Shown here: positions 1 through 10,623 of the stretch, piece by piece
Numbering within the stretch: position 1 is the first letter of the stretch
How the letters are laid out: the number at the start of each line of letters is the position of its first letter
Assembly (NCBI GenBank): GCA_963790305.1
Contig: CAWBOC010000009.1
Span: forward strand, 224,001-288,000
Direction of reading: 5' to 3'
Length of the DNA stretch: 64,000 nt
Source of the DNA: an uncultured Gemmatimonadaceae bacterium
Lineage (GTDB): Bacteria; Gemmatimonadota; Gemmatimonadetes; Gemmatimonadales; Gemmatimonadaceae
Notes under the pieces: model-generated
What the model saw: only the letters and a program-made list of their open reading frames with translations
The model's database searches: none
Told to the model about the DNA's origin: nothing
Translations under genes and position numbers: made by a program

Positions 1-644
1 AACTGGAATCCATGTAGCCCCGAGCGCTCGGCGACCCGCTCATCGACCGCCTGGGCCAGGCGGTCAGCGGGAGGCTCCGCGTGAACGAGCGCTGCTGCCA
101 CGGCACGCCGGTCGCCGCGCTCCGCCGCCGCGTAGAGCGTGACGTAGAACGGCGTGAAGATCACGCCTCCGGCGCCGGCGACCGAGTCCGTGCGCACGCG
201 TGGCCGCCCGGCCCAGGCCAGGGGCCGCCCCCCGTGGTATAGGGCAACGGTTTGTGCCCTATCTTCCTGGACCAGACCTCGGAGATGGCCGAACGCGCGC
301 ATCGTGTCGCCGGGAGATTCCAGCGCCGTGCGCGCGCGCTGCGCAAGCGCCGCCTCAATGCTGTCGAGCGTGACATCGAGGCGCTGCGCGCCACGCGCGA
401 TTCGCCCGCTGCGGTAGGTCGACCAATCCCGCGCGATGCGAGTCAGCTCGCGCTGCGCGATAGCGCCCATCGCGCAAAACGCGGCGAGCGCGAGCGCGGT
501 TGCCGCGCCCCACGCCCGCAGCGTTCGGGGTACCCGCATCAGGAGGATCGCCCCCAGCACGGTAGCGACGGCCGCCGGCACGAGGTACCGTACGTCGGGC
601 GTGCGGAGCCACAGCGCAGCAGTCAGGAGCGCGACGGCCACCAT
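1..644 (-). CDS. Partial membrane protein (N-terminus only), possibly a sensor histidine kinase; runs off the left edge
   Basis: Manual minus-strand translation MVAVALLTAALWLRTPDVRYLVPAAVATVLGAILL...AWAGRP...TPFYVTLY is open to position 1 and has several hydrophobic segments. It is absent from the ORF track because no stop lies in the window. Start uncertain; no kinase motifs visible. Confidence 0.5.
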   Translation of the reverse strand, partial: MVAVALLTAALWLRTPDVRYLVPAAVATVLGAILLMRVPRTLRAWGAATALALAAFCAMGAIAQRELTRIARDWSTYRSGRIARGAQRLDVTLDSIEAALAQRARTALESPGDTMRAFGHLRGLVQEDRAQTVALYHGGRPLAWAGRPRVRTDSVAGAGGVIFTPFYVTLYAAAERGDRRAVAAALVHAEPPADRLAQAVDERVAERSGLHGFQ

Positions 645-771
645 CACTGTCCAGGCGCGCGCCGCGGGAAGTCCCGTCAGGCGCGCGGGTCGTGCTGGTT
701 GGACTTCCTCACCGATGGAAATGACTGTCCCCCTCCCCACCGCCGCGTCGTCGCCGCGCCGGCTCAAAGAG

Positions 772-1467
772 ATGACTCCCGCTCAGGTCGCGGCGATTCT
801 CGCCGAGGATCCGCGCCTCATCGTGCCGGTCGGGACGTGCGAGCAGCACGGCCCACATTTGCCCATCGGGACCGCTACCATTATCGCCGAGCGTCTCGCC
901 GACGATCTATCCGCGGAGTACGGTGTGCTGCGTGCGCCAACGGTGGAATATGGCGTCAACGTCGTTACCGAACGCGCGTTCGCCGGCAACGCTTCCGTGC
1001 GCAAGAAGACTCTGCACCGCATGCTGAACGACCTGCTCGCGTCGTGGGAAGCGACCGGGTTTCGAGAGTTCATCCTCCTCACCGCCCATGAGCACGATCC
1101 CCATCAAGAAGCGCTGGCGACGGTCATCACGTCCGTGGCACGGGTGCGCGTGGTCGACATCTACGCCATCCCCATCGCCGACCTCCTCGAGGGCCAGACC
1201 GAGCACATGCACGGCGACGAGGTCGACACCTCCCTCTTGTTGTTTCTCGCGCCAGAGCTCGTACATCTCGATCTGGCACAGGATTATATGATGTCGCGCG
1301 AGTCGATGCGACGTTACCGGCGCGGTTCGCTGCGCGTCCCGAAAGGGAGTCCCGGTTCGATCGGGCGGCCGTCGCTCGCCTCCCAGGCGAAAGGACGTGC
1401 GCTGTACGAGCGCTTTCGCGAGCGTATCAGCGAGCGAATCTTCCTTGCGCCGGCCCCCGAAGCATGA
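772..1467 (+). CDS. Creatininase/creatinine amidohydrolase family protein
   Basis: Motifs LIVPVGTCEQHGPHLPIG, H..E.DTS and GSIGRPSLAS..KG. Start could be 715 or 721. Confidence 0.85.
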   Translation: MTPAQVAAILAEDPRLIVPVGTCEQHGPHLPIGTATIIAERLADDLSAEYGVLRAPTVEYGVNVVTERAFAGNASVRKKTLHRMLNDLLASWEATGFREFILLTAHEHDPHQEALATVITSVARVRVVDIYAIPIADLLEGQTEHMHGDEVDTSLLLFLAPELVHLDLAQDYMMSRESMRRYRRGSLRVPKGSPGSIGRPSLASQAKGRALYERFRERISERIFLAPAPEA

Positions 1468-1499
1468 ACCGAGACCACCCCGTGGGGTATTACGAGATC

Positions 1500-2177
1500 A
1501 TGCGCAAACTCATTGCGGGTATCGCGGTTGTGAGCCTCGCGCTCCCGGCCTCCGCGCAAGTCGCGGTCGTCGACGAGGGCAGCTTCACGATTTCCCATAA
1601 CGGGACCCGGATCGGACGCGAGGAGTTCGCCATTCGGCGCACGCCGAATCCCGGCGGGGACGTGCTCGTCGCCAACGCGACGGTGGTCTATACCGATCGC
1701 CGCCTGTCGCCCGCCCTCCAGACGGACGCCGCCGGCGCGCCCCTGCGGTATCAGGTCGAGGTCAGTACGGGCGCCGACGTGCAGGAACGCCTCCAGGGAC
1801 GGGTGGGACGGGGGCGCTTCAGCGCGCAGCTCCGCACACCCCGTGGCGAGTCCGCTCGTGAATACGTGGTGGCGGACGGCGCCCTGATCCTCGATGACGA
1901 CGTCTTCCATCAGTACTACTTCCTGGCGCGCGCGGGGCGGACCGGGGCGGTGCCCGTTGTCGTGCCGCGGCGCAACGTTCAGGTCACGATGCGCGTAGAC
2001 AACGAGGGCGACGATGTGGTCACCATCAGCGGGAATCGCATCGCCGCGACTCGTTATGTGATGACCGATCCTGACGGCGGGACGCGGCGGATCTGGGTCG
2101 ACGCGCAGGGGCGCGTCCTCAGGGTCACGCTCGAGAGCCGCGGGATCACCGCGACCCGGGACGACCCTCCTCGCTGA
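1500..2177 (+). CDS. Secreted hypothetical protein (beta-rich)
   Basis: Signal peptide MRKLIAGIAVVSLALPASA; C-terminal IWVDAQGRVLRV; followed by a terminator. Confidence 0.7.
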   Translation: MRKLIAGIAVVSLALPASAQVAVVDEGSFTISHNGTRIGREEFAIRRTPNPGGDVLVANATVVYTDRRLSPALQTDAAGAPLRYQVEVSTGADVQERLQGRVGRGRFSAQLRTPRGESAREYVVADGALILDDDVFHQYYFLARAGRTGAVPVVVPRRNVQVTMRVDNEGDDVVTISGNRIAATRYVMTDPDGGTRRIWVDAQGRVLRVTLESRGITATRDDPPR

Positions 2178-2191
2178 TCGATGGCTGGAGG

Positions 2192-2222
2192 CGAAAAGCC
2201 CCGCTCTCGCGGGGCTTTTTCG
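2192..2222. terminator. Intrinsic terminator, potentially bidirectional
   Basis: AAAAGCCCCGC-TCTC-GCGGGGCTTTTT hairpin shortly after the stop at 2177. Confidence 0.85.
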
Positions 2223-2307
2223 TGTTCGCTACTCTTGACGCGTCGCTGAAACCGGCTGTGCCGGGCCGCCGTACGCTCAGACGTCCTTCCTCCCGAGGCT
2301 CCCCCCG

Positions 2308-3798
2308 ATGCGATTTACCGTGCTCGTCGCGCTCGCGCTCGCCAGCGCCCTGTGGCCTGTTTCCGCCATCGCGCAGGTGGCGGATACGGTGCGGGGCACC
2401 GTGCTCACGCTTGACGAGGCGATCGCGCTGGCCCAGCGCAACAACCCGCTCCACCTCCAGTTTGTCAACGATCGGCGCGCCGCCAGCGCGTCCGTTCGCG
2501 CGGCTTACGGCGCCTTGCTGCCGAGTGCCAGCCTTTCCTTCAGCAGCGAGTACCGGAAAGAGGGCTCACAGCCGTTTCAAGGGTTGAACTTCAGCACGAG
2601 CTCCGATGTGTACCAGTCGTCGTACTGGCTCGGGCTGCAATACGACATCAGCCCGGGGACGTTCATCACACCCAAGCTCGAATCGGCTCGCCGCGATGCG
2701 GTCGAGGCCGACATCGTCGGCTCGAGTCACTCGCTCCGGGCCCTCATCAAGCAGGATTACCTGCAGGCGCTCAAGTCCGAGGCGCAGGCGATTCTCCAGG
2801 ACACGCTCACCGCAACGGCACAGGTGCAGCTGGAGCTTGCGCGTGCCCGCGCCGCCGTCGGCTCGGGGACGCAGCTCGACGTCACGCGGGCCGAGGTCGC
2901 CCTCGGAACGCAGCAGGTCGCGGCGCTCCGGGCCCGTAACACCGCCGAAGTCGACAAGCTTCGCCTCTTCGAGCGTATGGGCGTGGCGCAACCCGCCAAC
3001 GTACGGCTGACGTCGCAGTTCGCCGTCACCGCGCCCTCGATCTCACTCGACGAGGTGATGGGCATCGCGCGTGAAGAGAATCCCACCGTGCGCGCCTTCC
3101 GGTCGCGCGAGCGCGTTGCCTCGCTCGACGTGCGTCGGGCGCAGTCGCAATACCTTCCGTCACTCAGCCTGAGCACCGGCTGGGGCGGTTACACCCAGCA
3201 GTACACCAACGACCGGTTCCTCGTCGAAGGGCAGCGCTCGCAGGTGCTCCAGAATCGGGCGCAGTGCTTCAGCACGGACTCGATCCGCCAGGGCGCTGGC
3301 CTCGCGCCGATCACAGCCTTCTGCAACAGCGAGTTCCAGTTCGGACCCGCCGACGAGGAATCGATCCGCCGCGAGAACGACCGCTTCCCGTTCGATTTCA
3401 CGCGGCAGCCGTTCAGCCTGCAGGCGCGAGTCTCGTTGCCCCTGTTCGACGGTTTCGCACGCGAGCAGCGCGTGCAGGTTGCGCAAGCCTCACGGGATGA
3501 TGCACGCTATCAGGTGCGCCAGCAGGAGCTCCGCCTGACGGCGGACGTCAGCGCGGCATACTTCACCCTCGTTACCGCCGTGCGGGCAAGCGAAGTTCAG
3601 GAGCAGAACGCCGCCAAGGCACGCGAGGAGCTGCGTCTCACCGAGGAGCGCTATCGCGTCGGCGCGGCGACGTTCGTGGAGCTGGCGGAATCACGCTCGA
3701 GCTTCGAGCGCGCCGAGCAGGATCGAATCGCAGCTATTTACGATTACCATCAGGCGTGGGCCGCGCTGGAAAACGCGGTCGGCCGCCCTCTTCGCTAA
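2308..3798 (+). CDS. TolC-family outer membrane efflux protein
   Basis: Signal peptide, LTLDEAIALA..NNP, two OEP-like repeats, SLPLFDGF, ERYRVGAAT. Confidence 0.92.
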   Translation: MRFTVLVALALASALWPVSAIAQVADTVRGTVLTLDEAIALAQRNNPLHLQFVNDRRAASASVRAAYGALLPSASLSFSSEYRKEGSQPFQGLNFSTSSDVYQSSYWLGLQYDISPGTFITPKLESARRDAVEADIVGSSHSLRALIKQDYLQALKSEAQAILQDTLTATAQVQLELARARAAVGSGTQLDVTRAEVALGTQQVAALRARNTAEVDKLRLFERMGVAQPANVRLTSQFAVTAPSISLDEVMGIAREENPTVRAFRSRERVASLDVRRAQSQYLPSLSLSTGWGGYTQQYTNDRFLVEGQRSQVLQNRAQCFSTDSIRQGAGLAPITAFCNSEFQFGPADEESIRRENDRFPFDFTRQPFSLQARVSLPLFDGFAREQRVQVAQASRDDARYQVRQQELRLTADVSAAYFTLVTAVRASEVQEQNAAKAREELRLTEERYRVGAATFVELAESRSSFERAEQDRIAAIYDYHQAWAALENAVGRPLR

Positions 3799-3810
3799 TC
3801 GAGGATCACA

Positions 3811-5099
3811 ATGAGCCGGAAGACCAAGTGGGGGATCGGGGTCGCAATAGCACTGGTGGTGGCGACGGCGGTAGGCGTGGGCGCAGCGAAGAGCGGCAAT
3901 GACGGAACCGAGGTCCGCATGGAAGAAGTCGCGCGCCGCGATCTCGTCGCGTCGGTGACGGCCAGCGGACAGGTCGAGCCCCGGACGAAGGTCGATCTCA
4001 CCGCCGACATCAGCGGCCGCATCGTGCGGCTCGCGGTGAAGGAAGGACAGATGGTCTCGCGCGGGCAATTCCTGCTCGAGATCGAACCCGTGCAGTACCA
4101 GGCAGGGGTTCAACGCGCAGAGGCCGGGCTCGCCGCCGCACGCGCCCAGGAAGCGCAGGCACGCGCGAATCTGGAGCAGGCGCGCAGCAACCTGGCCCGC
4201 TCCGAGGAGATCCGCAGAGCGAACCCGACACTCGTCTCCGCCGAGCAGCTCGAGCAGCTCAAGACGACGCTCGAGGTGAACGAGGCGCTGTACCAGTCGT
4301 CGCGGCACAATGTCGAGCAGTCAGCCGCAACGCTCCGTGATGCGCGGTCGAGCCTGTCCAAGACCGTCATCCTCGCGCCCATGGCCGGACGTGTTACTCG
4401 CCTCAACGTCGAGCTCGGTGAGACGGCGGTTCCCGGCACATTCAACATGGATGCCGCCACGCTGCTGACGATCGCGGACATGAGCGTGCTCGAGACCAAG
4501 ATCAAGGTCGACGAGACCGACGTCGCGCGCATCTCGCTCGGCGACTCGGCGACCGTCGAGATCGACGCGTTCCCCGACACGACGTTCGTCGGACGGGTGG
4601 TCGAGATCTCGAACAGCTCGATCAAGCTGGCGGCCGGGGGCCCCAGGGCTCGGATCAGGCCGTGGATTACGAGGTGACCGTGCAGTTGCTCAACCCGCCC
4701 GACGGAAACGCGACCCGACTTCTCCGCCACCGCCAAGATCATCACCGACACCCGCAAGGACGTGATCGCGGTGCCGATCATCGCGCTCACCGTGCGCGAG
4801 CACGAGACGTCCCGAAGTCGGGCGACTCCGCCGCGATCGCGCTCGGCCGCGAGCCGACGAAGCAGATCGGCCAGCGCGATGTCGAGGGGGTGTTCATCGT
4901 CGGGGCCGACAACAAGGTGACCTTCCGGCCGGTTCGGGTGGGCATCGCCGGGGAGGAATACTTCGAGGTCGTCGACGGGCTTCGGCCAGGGGAGAAGATC
5001 GTGGCCGGTAGCTACCAGGCCATCCGCGAGCTGAAGGATGGCACGACCGTTCGCGAAGCGAAGGAAGAGGAAAAGCCCGCGGCGGGAGCGCAGACGTGA
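3811..5099 (+). CDS. Efflux periplasmic adaptor subunit (MacA-like); three apparent frameshifts near 4640, 4700 and 4805
   Basis: N-terminal anchor, ASGQVEP, coiled coil, APMAGRV. The C-terminal part VDYEVTV / RPDFSATAKII / VPIIAL / GLRPGEKIV is spread over alternating frames. Confidence 0.85.
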
Positions 5100-5905
5100 G
5101 CGCACATCTCGACACGCCGATCAGCAACACCGCCGAGCGCGAAGCGGTCATCCGGACCGCAGGACTGGCGCCTGACGAGGACTGGGTCATCGTCACGCGC
5201 GGCATCCAGCGGGACTACGACATGGGGGGCGAGGTGGTCCACGCCCTCCGTGGCGTGGACGTCGCGATCAGGCGCAACGAGTACGTTGCGATCATGGGGC
5301 CCTCGGGCTCCGGCAAGTCGACGCTCATGAATCTCATTGGGTGCCTCGACACGCCGACGGCGGGCGAGTACTGGTTGAACGGCATGCTGGTGTCGGACAT
5401 GAGCGACGACGAGCTGGCGCGGGTGCGGAATCGCGAGATCGGCTTCGTCTTCCAGACGTTCAACCTTCTTCCGCGGGCGACGGCGCTTCACAACGTCGAG
5501 CTGCCGCTGGTGTATGCCGGTGTTCCGTCGCAGGAGCGCAAGCGTCAGGGCGACGCGAGGCGCTGGAGCGCGTGCAGCTCGGAGACCGTGCCACGCACCG
5601 ACCCAACGAGCTATCGGGCGGTCAGCGGCAGCGCGTCGCGATTGCGCGCGCGCTGGTCAACGAGCCGGCGATTCTTCTGGCCGACGAGCCGACCGGTAAC
5701 CTCGACTCGGGAACGTCAGCCGAGATCATGCGCGTCTTCGAGTCGCTTGGCGACGGAAGGCCAGACGGTGATCATGGTGACGCACGAAGCGGACATCGCG
5801 GCCCATGCGGGTCGAATCGTGGTGCTCCGCGACGGACGCATCTCCTCCGACGAGCGGCGCGACACCTTCGCGCAGCGCGTCGCCCTCGCCCAGGCGGCCC
5901 ACTAA
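5096..5905 (+). CDS. ABC transporter ATP-binding protein (LolD/MacB type); two apparent frameshifts near 5550 and 5748
   Basis: Walker [10 protein letters not shown] and VFQTFNL in one frame; [15 protein letters not shown] and [11 protein letters not shown] in another; VTHE back in the first frame. Confidence 0.9.
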   Translation: MSAHLDTPISNTAEREAVIRTAGLAPDEDWVIVTRGIQRDYDMGGEVVHALRGVDVAIRRNEYVAIMGPSGSGKSTLMNLIGCLDTPTAGEYWLNGMLVSDMSDDELARVRNREIGFVFQTFNLLPRATALHNVELPLVYAGVPSQERKRQGDARRWSACSSETVPRTDPTSYRAVSGSASRLRARWSTSRRFFWPTSRPVTSTRERQPRSCASSSRLATEGQTVIMVTHEADIAAHAGRIVVLRDGRISSDERRDTFAQRVALAQAAH

Positions 5906-5906
5906 C

Positions 5907-7149
5907 GTGCCATTCATCGAGGCCATCCGGCTCGCGCTCTCGCAGATTCGCGCGCAAAAGCTGAAGAGCTTCTTCACGCTCCTCGGCGTCACCATCGGCG
6001 TCATGTTCCTCATTGCGGTCGTCGCCGTCATCAACGGCATGGGCCGCTACATGGAGGAGGAGTTCGCCGGCAAGCTGATGGGCGTGAACACGTTCACGCT
6101 CGCGGCATCGGCCGTACTTCGAGATGCACACGACCGATGAGGAGTGGCGGTCGTTTGCCCGGCGTCCGCGCATCTACTTGCACGACGTCGAGCCGGTAGT
6201 GAAAGCGCTGCCCCCGGACGTCATGTGGGCCATCGAGAGCCGGGACCAGATTCCGGTGTCTACCAAGGACATGCGCCCGCGCGACGTCGAGGCCTTCGCC
6301 GTGGACGGATCCTTCTTCGAGATTCGCAACCTCAATGTCGCGAGCGGCCGACTGATCGCGCCTCACGAGTTCGCCAGTGGGGCAAAGGTCGTGGTCATCG
6401 GGCAGGATGTGAAGAAGCGGTTCTTCCCGACGACGAGTGCCCTGGGACGCGAGATGCGAATTGGAGGCGTTCCGTACCGCATCATCGGCGTCATGGAGGA
6501 GCAAGGGTCCGTGTTTGGTCTGTCGGTCGACAAGTTCGTCGTGGGCCCGATGAACTCGCCGCTGGCGCGATTGCTGAACCGTCGGTTCGGTGTGATCGAC
6601 GGCGTCATCCTCAAGTCGAGCTCCATGCAGGGCATGCGGGACGGCATGGAGCGCGTGCGACAGGTCATGCGGGGCCGGCACAAGCTGCGTCCGGCCCAGC
6701 CGGATAATTTCTCGATCGAGACCACCGAGTCCGCGCTGACCTTCTGGGCGAAGATCGAGAACATCCTGGTGATGGCGGGCATCGTGCTTCCCGCGCTCGG
6801 CCTCGTCGTAGGCGCGATCGTGATCATGAACATCATGCTCGTGGCCGTTGCGCAGCGCACGCGCGAGATCGGCATCCGGAAATCGCTCGGCGCGCGGCGC
6901 CGAGACATTCTGTCGCAGTTCCTCGTCGAGGCCGCGACGCTCAGCACCATCGGCGCGACTTTCGGAATTCTGCTCGGCATCGGCCTCGCAGCGCTCGTCG
7001 CTCAGTTCAGCCCGATGCCGGCGAGCGTCGCCCCGTGGTCGGTCGTCACGGCGGTGATCCTCGGAGCAGGGGTCGGAATCATCTCCGGCATGTACCCGGC
7101 GGCGCGGGCAGCGCGGCTGGATCCGATCGTCGCGCTGCGGCAGGAGTAA
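5907..7149 (+). CDS. MacB/FtsX-type ABC permease; apparent frameshift near 6100
   Basis: [15 protein letters not shown] in ORF 5805-6140; [24 protein letters not shown] and [10 protein letters not shown] in ORF 6124-7149. Confidence 0.88.
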
Positions 7150-7151
7150 CG

Positions 7152-8418
7152 ATGAGCCTCTCCACGCGCGTCTTCAGCTTGCTCGAAGGGTGTCGGCATC
7201 GCCTTCGACTCGATCCGGGCGAACAAGGTGCGCGCCGCGCTCACGATTCTCGGCGTCGCCATCGGGGTGTTCACCGTCGTCGCCATCTCGGCCGCGATCT
7301 ACGGGATCAATCGCAGCGTCGCTCGCGACTTCGAGGCCGCAGGGCCGACGTCGTTCTTCATCTACAAGTTTCCGATCGAGTTCAACATCTGCGACGGCGG
7401 CGACGAAACCTGTCAGTGGATTCACTACCCGCCGCTGACGACCGATGAAGGGGAGGCGCTCGCGCGCCTGCCCACCATTCGGGGCGTCACGACGCACGTC
7501 GGATCGTCGGCAACGTTCAAGCGTAAGGACAGAACGCTCAAGAACGCGCTGCTCGACCTCTACACGCCGGGGTGGACGGACGTCGATGGCGGGGACATTT
7601 CGCCCGGCCGGAGCTTCACGTACGCCGAGAACGAAACGGGCGCGCGTGTGGTGCTGATCAACGACCTGATGGCGGAGAAGCTGTTCGGGGACTCCGATCC
7701 GATCGGGCGATTCATCGCGATCAATGGGCAGCAGTTCCGCGTGATCGGGCTCTACCACTACAAGGCGAGCTTCCTCGGGACGCCTGGTCGCGAAGGCGGC
7801 GACCGCCCTCGAGCGATCGTGCCCTTCGAATCCGGACGCCGGCACCTCGGCGTGTGGACGGAGTGGGCCGACATGACCGTGAAACCGGTCGATGGCGTGT
7901 CTCGCGACGCGGCCATGGACGACGTCATCGCCCGACTCCGGTCCATTCGCGGCCTGAAGCCGGCTACCGAGAATACGTTCTTCGTCACCCCTCAGGAGAA
8001 GCTGTTCGAGTTCTGGAACAAGCTCACCGGCGTGTTCTTCATCGTGATGTTCGTGCTGTCGGCAATCGGACTGATCGTGGGTGGCGTGGGCGTCATCGCG
8101 ATCATGATGATCAGCGTGACGGAGCGCACGCGTGAGATCGGGGTCCGCAAGGCGCTCGGAGCGACCAGGCTGACGATCATGTGGCAGTTCCTCGTCGAGG
8201 CGGTAACGCTCACCGCGGTGGGGGCGGCGGTGGGGCTCGCCATGGGCGCGATCGTCACGTGGCTGGTACGGACCAATACCCCGATCGAAGCGGCGATGAC
8301 GCCGCAGTGGATCGCGGTCGCGGTGGGCGGCAGCGCACTAACCGGCATCCTGTTCGGCATCCTTCCGGCCATGCGCGCGGCACGTTTGGACCCCGTGGAG
8401 GCCCTGCGTCACGAGTAA
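7152..8418 (+). CDS. MacB/FtsX-type ABC permease; apparent frameshift near 7190
   Basis: NKVRAALTILGVAIGV, IMMISVTERTREIGVRKALGA, AARLDPVEALRHE. Confidence 0.9.
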
Positions 8419-8454
8419 CGAAGGCAGCCAACCGACAATGGAATAGACGTAATT

Positions 8455-8510
8455 CGAGGGGCACTTTAAGCGTTACGCGTAAATACTTACGTCGCTTGAA
8501 GTTCCCCTCG
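8455..8510. promoter_or_regulatory. Imperfect 56-bp palindrome with AT-rich core upstream of the Ig-domain gene
   Basis: Arms CGAGGGG/CCCCTCG and AAGCG/CGCTT; internal 10-bp palindrome TTACGCGTAA at 8473-8482. Confidence 0.5.
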
Positions 8511-8516
8511 TTCGCA

Positions 8517-8547
8517 TCGACCACCTCGACAACCTCGACAGCCTCGA
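8517..8547. repeat. Solo arm of the 9-bp CCTCGA(C)NN tandem repeat family
   Basis: TCGACCA CCTCGACAA CCTCGACAG CCTCGA; same unit as the arrays at 34984 and 45042. Confidence 0.7.
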
Positions 8548-8586
8548 TTTTCGTGACCGGAGGGCCGCTCATTCAGTCCTCTCGGT

Positions 8587-10581
8587 ATGAGCGAGATCGT
8601 CCCACGCAGTCGGCTTCCAGTCAACGGCCAGGTCGTCACCAAGGCCACATCGTCGTTCGCCAAAACGGTGTCGACGCTGGCGGCCCTCGTCTCCGTGTTG
8701 TCGTTCGCGCGCGCGTACGGCGTGATTGGAGATGACGCAGCCCACCTCACGGTGGGAGACATCGGTGCAGTATGGGTCGGCATCGCTCCGCTTGCCGACA
8801 CGGCTGACGCGCTGAACGACACGCTGCAGCTCACGGCGACGATCAAGGACAAGAGCGGAAGCGCCCTCGTCGGCGCCTCCCTCAAGTGGATGAGCGACCA
8901 CCCCGAGATTGCCTCGGTGACGCCGAGCGGCGGGGTCGTCGCGCATGCACCGGGAACGACCACCATCACGGCGACGGTCGGTGGACTGGTCGCACGGTCA
9001 CGGATCGTCGTGCGCCCGCACGTCGCCAACGTCCGCGTCGCCGGCGACAGCGAAATCGTAATGCGCGATGGCGAGCAACGCGCGATCTCGGCGCGCGGCG
9101 TCGATCGCCGCGACTACGTGATTCCGGGCTTGTTCGCGAAATGGCGCACGACCGACAGCGCCATCGTCAGCGTCGATTCGAATGGTTTCGCGACGGCGAT
9201 CCGCCCAGGGCGAGCGATCCTCGAGGCGACCATCAGCGGCGTGCGCACACAGGCCCCGGTAACGGTGCTTCCCACCGCCTTCGCGGTGCGGGTCGCCTCC
9301 GGTGACAGTCAGCGCGCCCCCGCGCGCGCCGCACTGCCGCTCCCAATCGTCATTCGTGTCGTGTCGCGGCACGGCCTCCCGATCCCACAGGCCAAGATTC
9401 GATTTCAGCCAGCGACTGGCGAGGGATCGACCGAACCCGACACGGCTACGACGGATGCCGATGGACGCGCCAAGACGGTGTGGAGGCTTGGTCCCATTCC
9501 GGGGTCACGGCGGCTGCTGGTCATGGCCGAGGGGATAGACAGCGCGCTCATCGTGACCGCGGATGCCGAGCCCGTCGCAGCCGAGACTCGCATCGTGGCG
9601 ATAGACACGGCGCAGCTCGCGGACATCGGGGCGAAGCTTCCCCACCCTGTGGCGATTCGACTGACGGACACATTGGGACGCCCGTTGGCGGACATTCCCG
9701 TCACCTGGGTTCCGCTCGACGGGGGCTCACTTACGCCACTGGCGCCGCGAACCGACTCGCTAGGTGAAGCACGCGTCGAATGGACCCTCTCGAATCGCGC
9801 CGGCACACAACGCCTGCGAGCACAGGTCGGTACAACGCGGGCCGTCCCGCCCATCGTGCTCACCGCGACGGCAAAGGCCGGAGCTGCGTCGACCGCATGG
9901 GTCGTTGGCGGCAACACCCAGACCGGCACCGTCGGGGCGCCACTCTCCAAGAAGGTTGCAATCAAGGTGCTCGACCGCGCCGGCAATCCGGTGCCGAGTG
10001 CCGTGGTGTACTTTGCGCCCGTGCGAGGCTCCGTGGGCGACTCGGCGATCATGGCCGACACGAGTGGCATCGCGCGCGCGGTCTGGACGCTCGACCGCGA
10101 GCCAGGCCCGCACTCGATGTCCGTGCGCGTGGAAGGCGTTCCCCGCCCAGTCATCGTGAACGCGACGGCCCGGTCTGGGGCAGCATCAGCCATCGATCTC
10201 ACGCCGAAGCAGGCGGTGGGAACGCCCGGCAAGCTCCTTGGCGACGGTGTCGAAGCCCGCGTCACCGACGAGTTCGGCAACCCGGTGAAGGGCGCCACCG
10301 TGACCTTCAAGGCGAGCGCCGGAGCGCTCTCGCCGGCGCGCGTCGTCACCGACGACAAGGGCCGCGCCCGCACACGATGGACGCTCGGCCGCGATGCCGT
10401 CGAGCAATCGCTGGTCGCGCGCGTGACCGGGAGCGGCGCCAGCGCGACGCTGGCCGCGCGCGTGTCGATTCCGTCGAAGGCCGGCACGTCATTGACCACA
10501 AAGAAGCCCGCGACCACCGGAAAGACTCCGGCCAAAACGCCGGTCCGCTCGAGCGCCAAGCCGACGAAGCGCTCGCGCTAG
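8587..10581 (+). CDS. Bacterial Ig-like repeat protein (Big_2 plus Big_1/invasin-type repeats)
   Basis: Two W.S.....ASV...G.V.A..PG...ITAT repeats, four V.D..G.P.....V.F/W...TD..G.A...WTL repeats, N-terminal hydrophobic segment, Lys/Thr/Pro-rich tail. Confidence 0.85.
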   Translation: MSEIVPRSRLPVNGQVVTKATSSFAKTVSTLAALVSVLSFARAYGVIGDDAAHLTVGDIGAVWVGIAPLADTADALNDTLQLTATIKDKSGSALVGASLKWMSDHPEIASVTPSGGVVAHAPGTTTITATVGGLVARSRIVVRPHVANVRVAGDSEIVMRDGEQRAISARGVDRRDYVIPGLFAKWRTTDSAIVSVDSNGFATAIRPGRAILEATISGVRTQAPVTVLPTAFAVRVASGDSQRAPARAALPLPIVIRVVSRHGLPIPQAKIRFQPATGEGSTEPDTATTDADGRAKTVWRLGPIPGSRRLLVMAEGIDSALIVTADAEPVAAETRIVAIDTAQLADIGAKLPHPVAIRLTDTLGRPLADIPVTWVPLDGGSLTPLAPRTDSLGEARVEWTLSNRAGTQRLRAQVGTTRAVPPIVLTATAKAGAASTAWVVGGNTQTGTVGAPLSKKVAIKVLDRAGNPVPSAVVYFAPVRGSVGDSAIMADTSGIARAVWTLDREPGPHSMSVRVEGVPRPVIVNATARSGAASAIDLTPKQAVGTPGKLLGDGVEARVTDEFGNPVKGATVTFKASAGALSPARVVTDDKGRARTRWTLGRDAVEQSLVARVTGSGASATLAARVSIPSKAGTSLTTKKPATTGKTPAKTPVRSSAKPTKRSR

Positions 10582-10623
10582 AGCGGCTCGCCAAGCTCCC
10601 CGGTCGTGCTCCGAACTCGGCCG

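Noticed and set aside
3811..8418. Pseudogene calls for the ABC exporter genes
   Set aside because: Only single-base shifts with intact motifs and no nonsense decay; better explained as sequencing indels until reads are checked.
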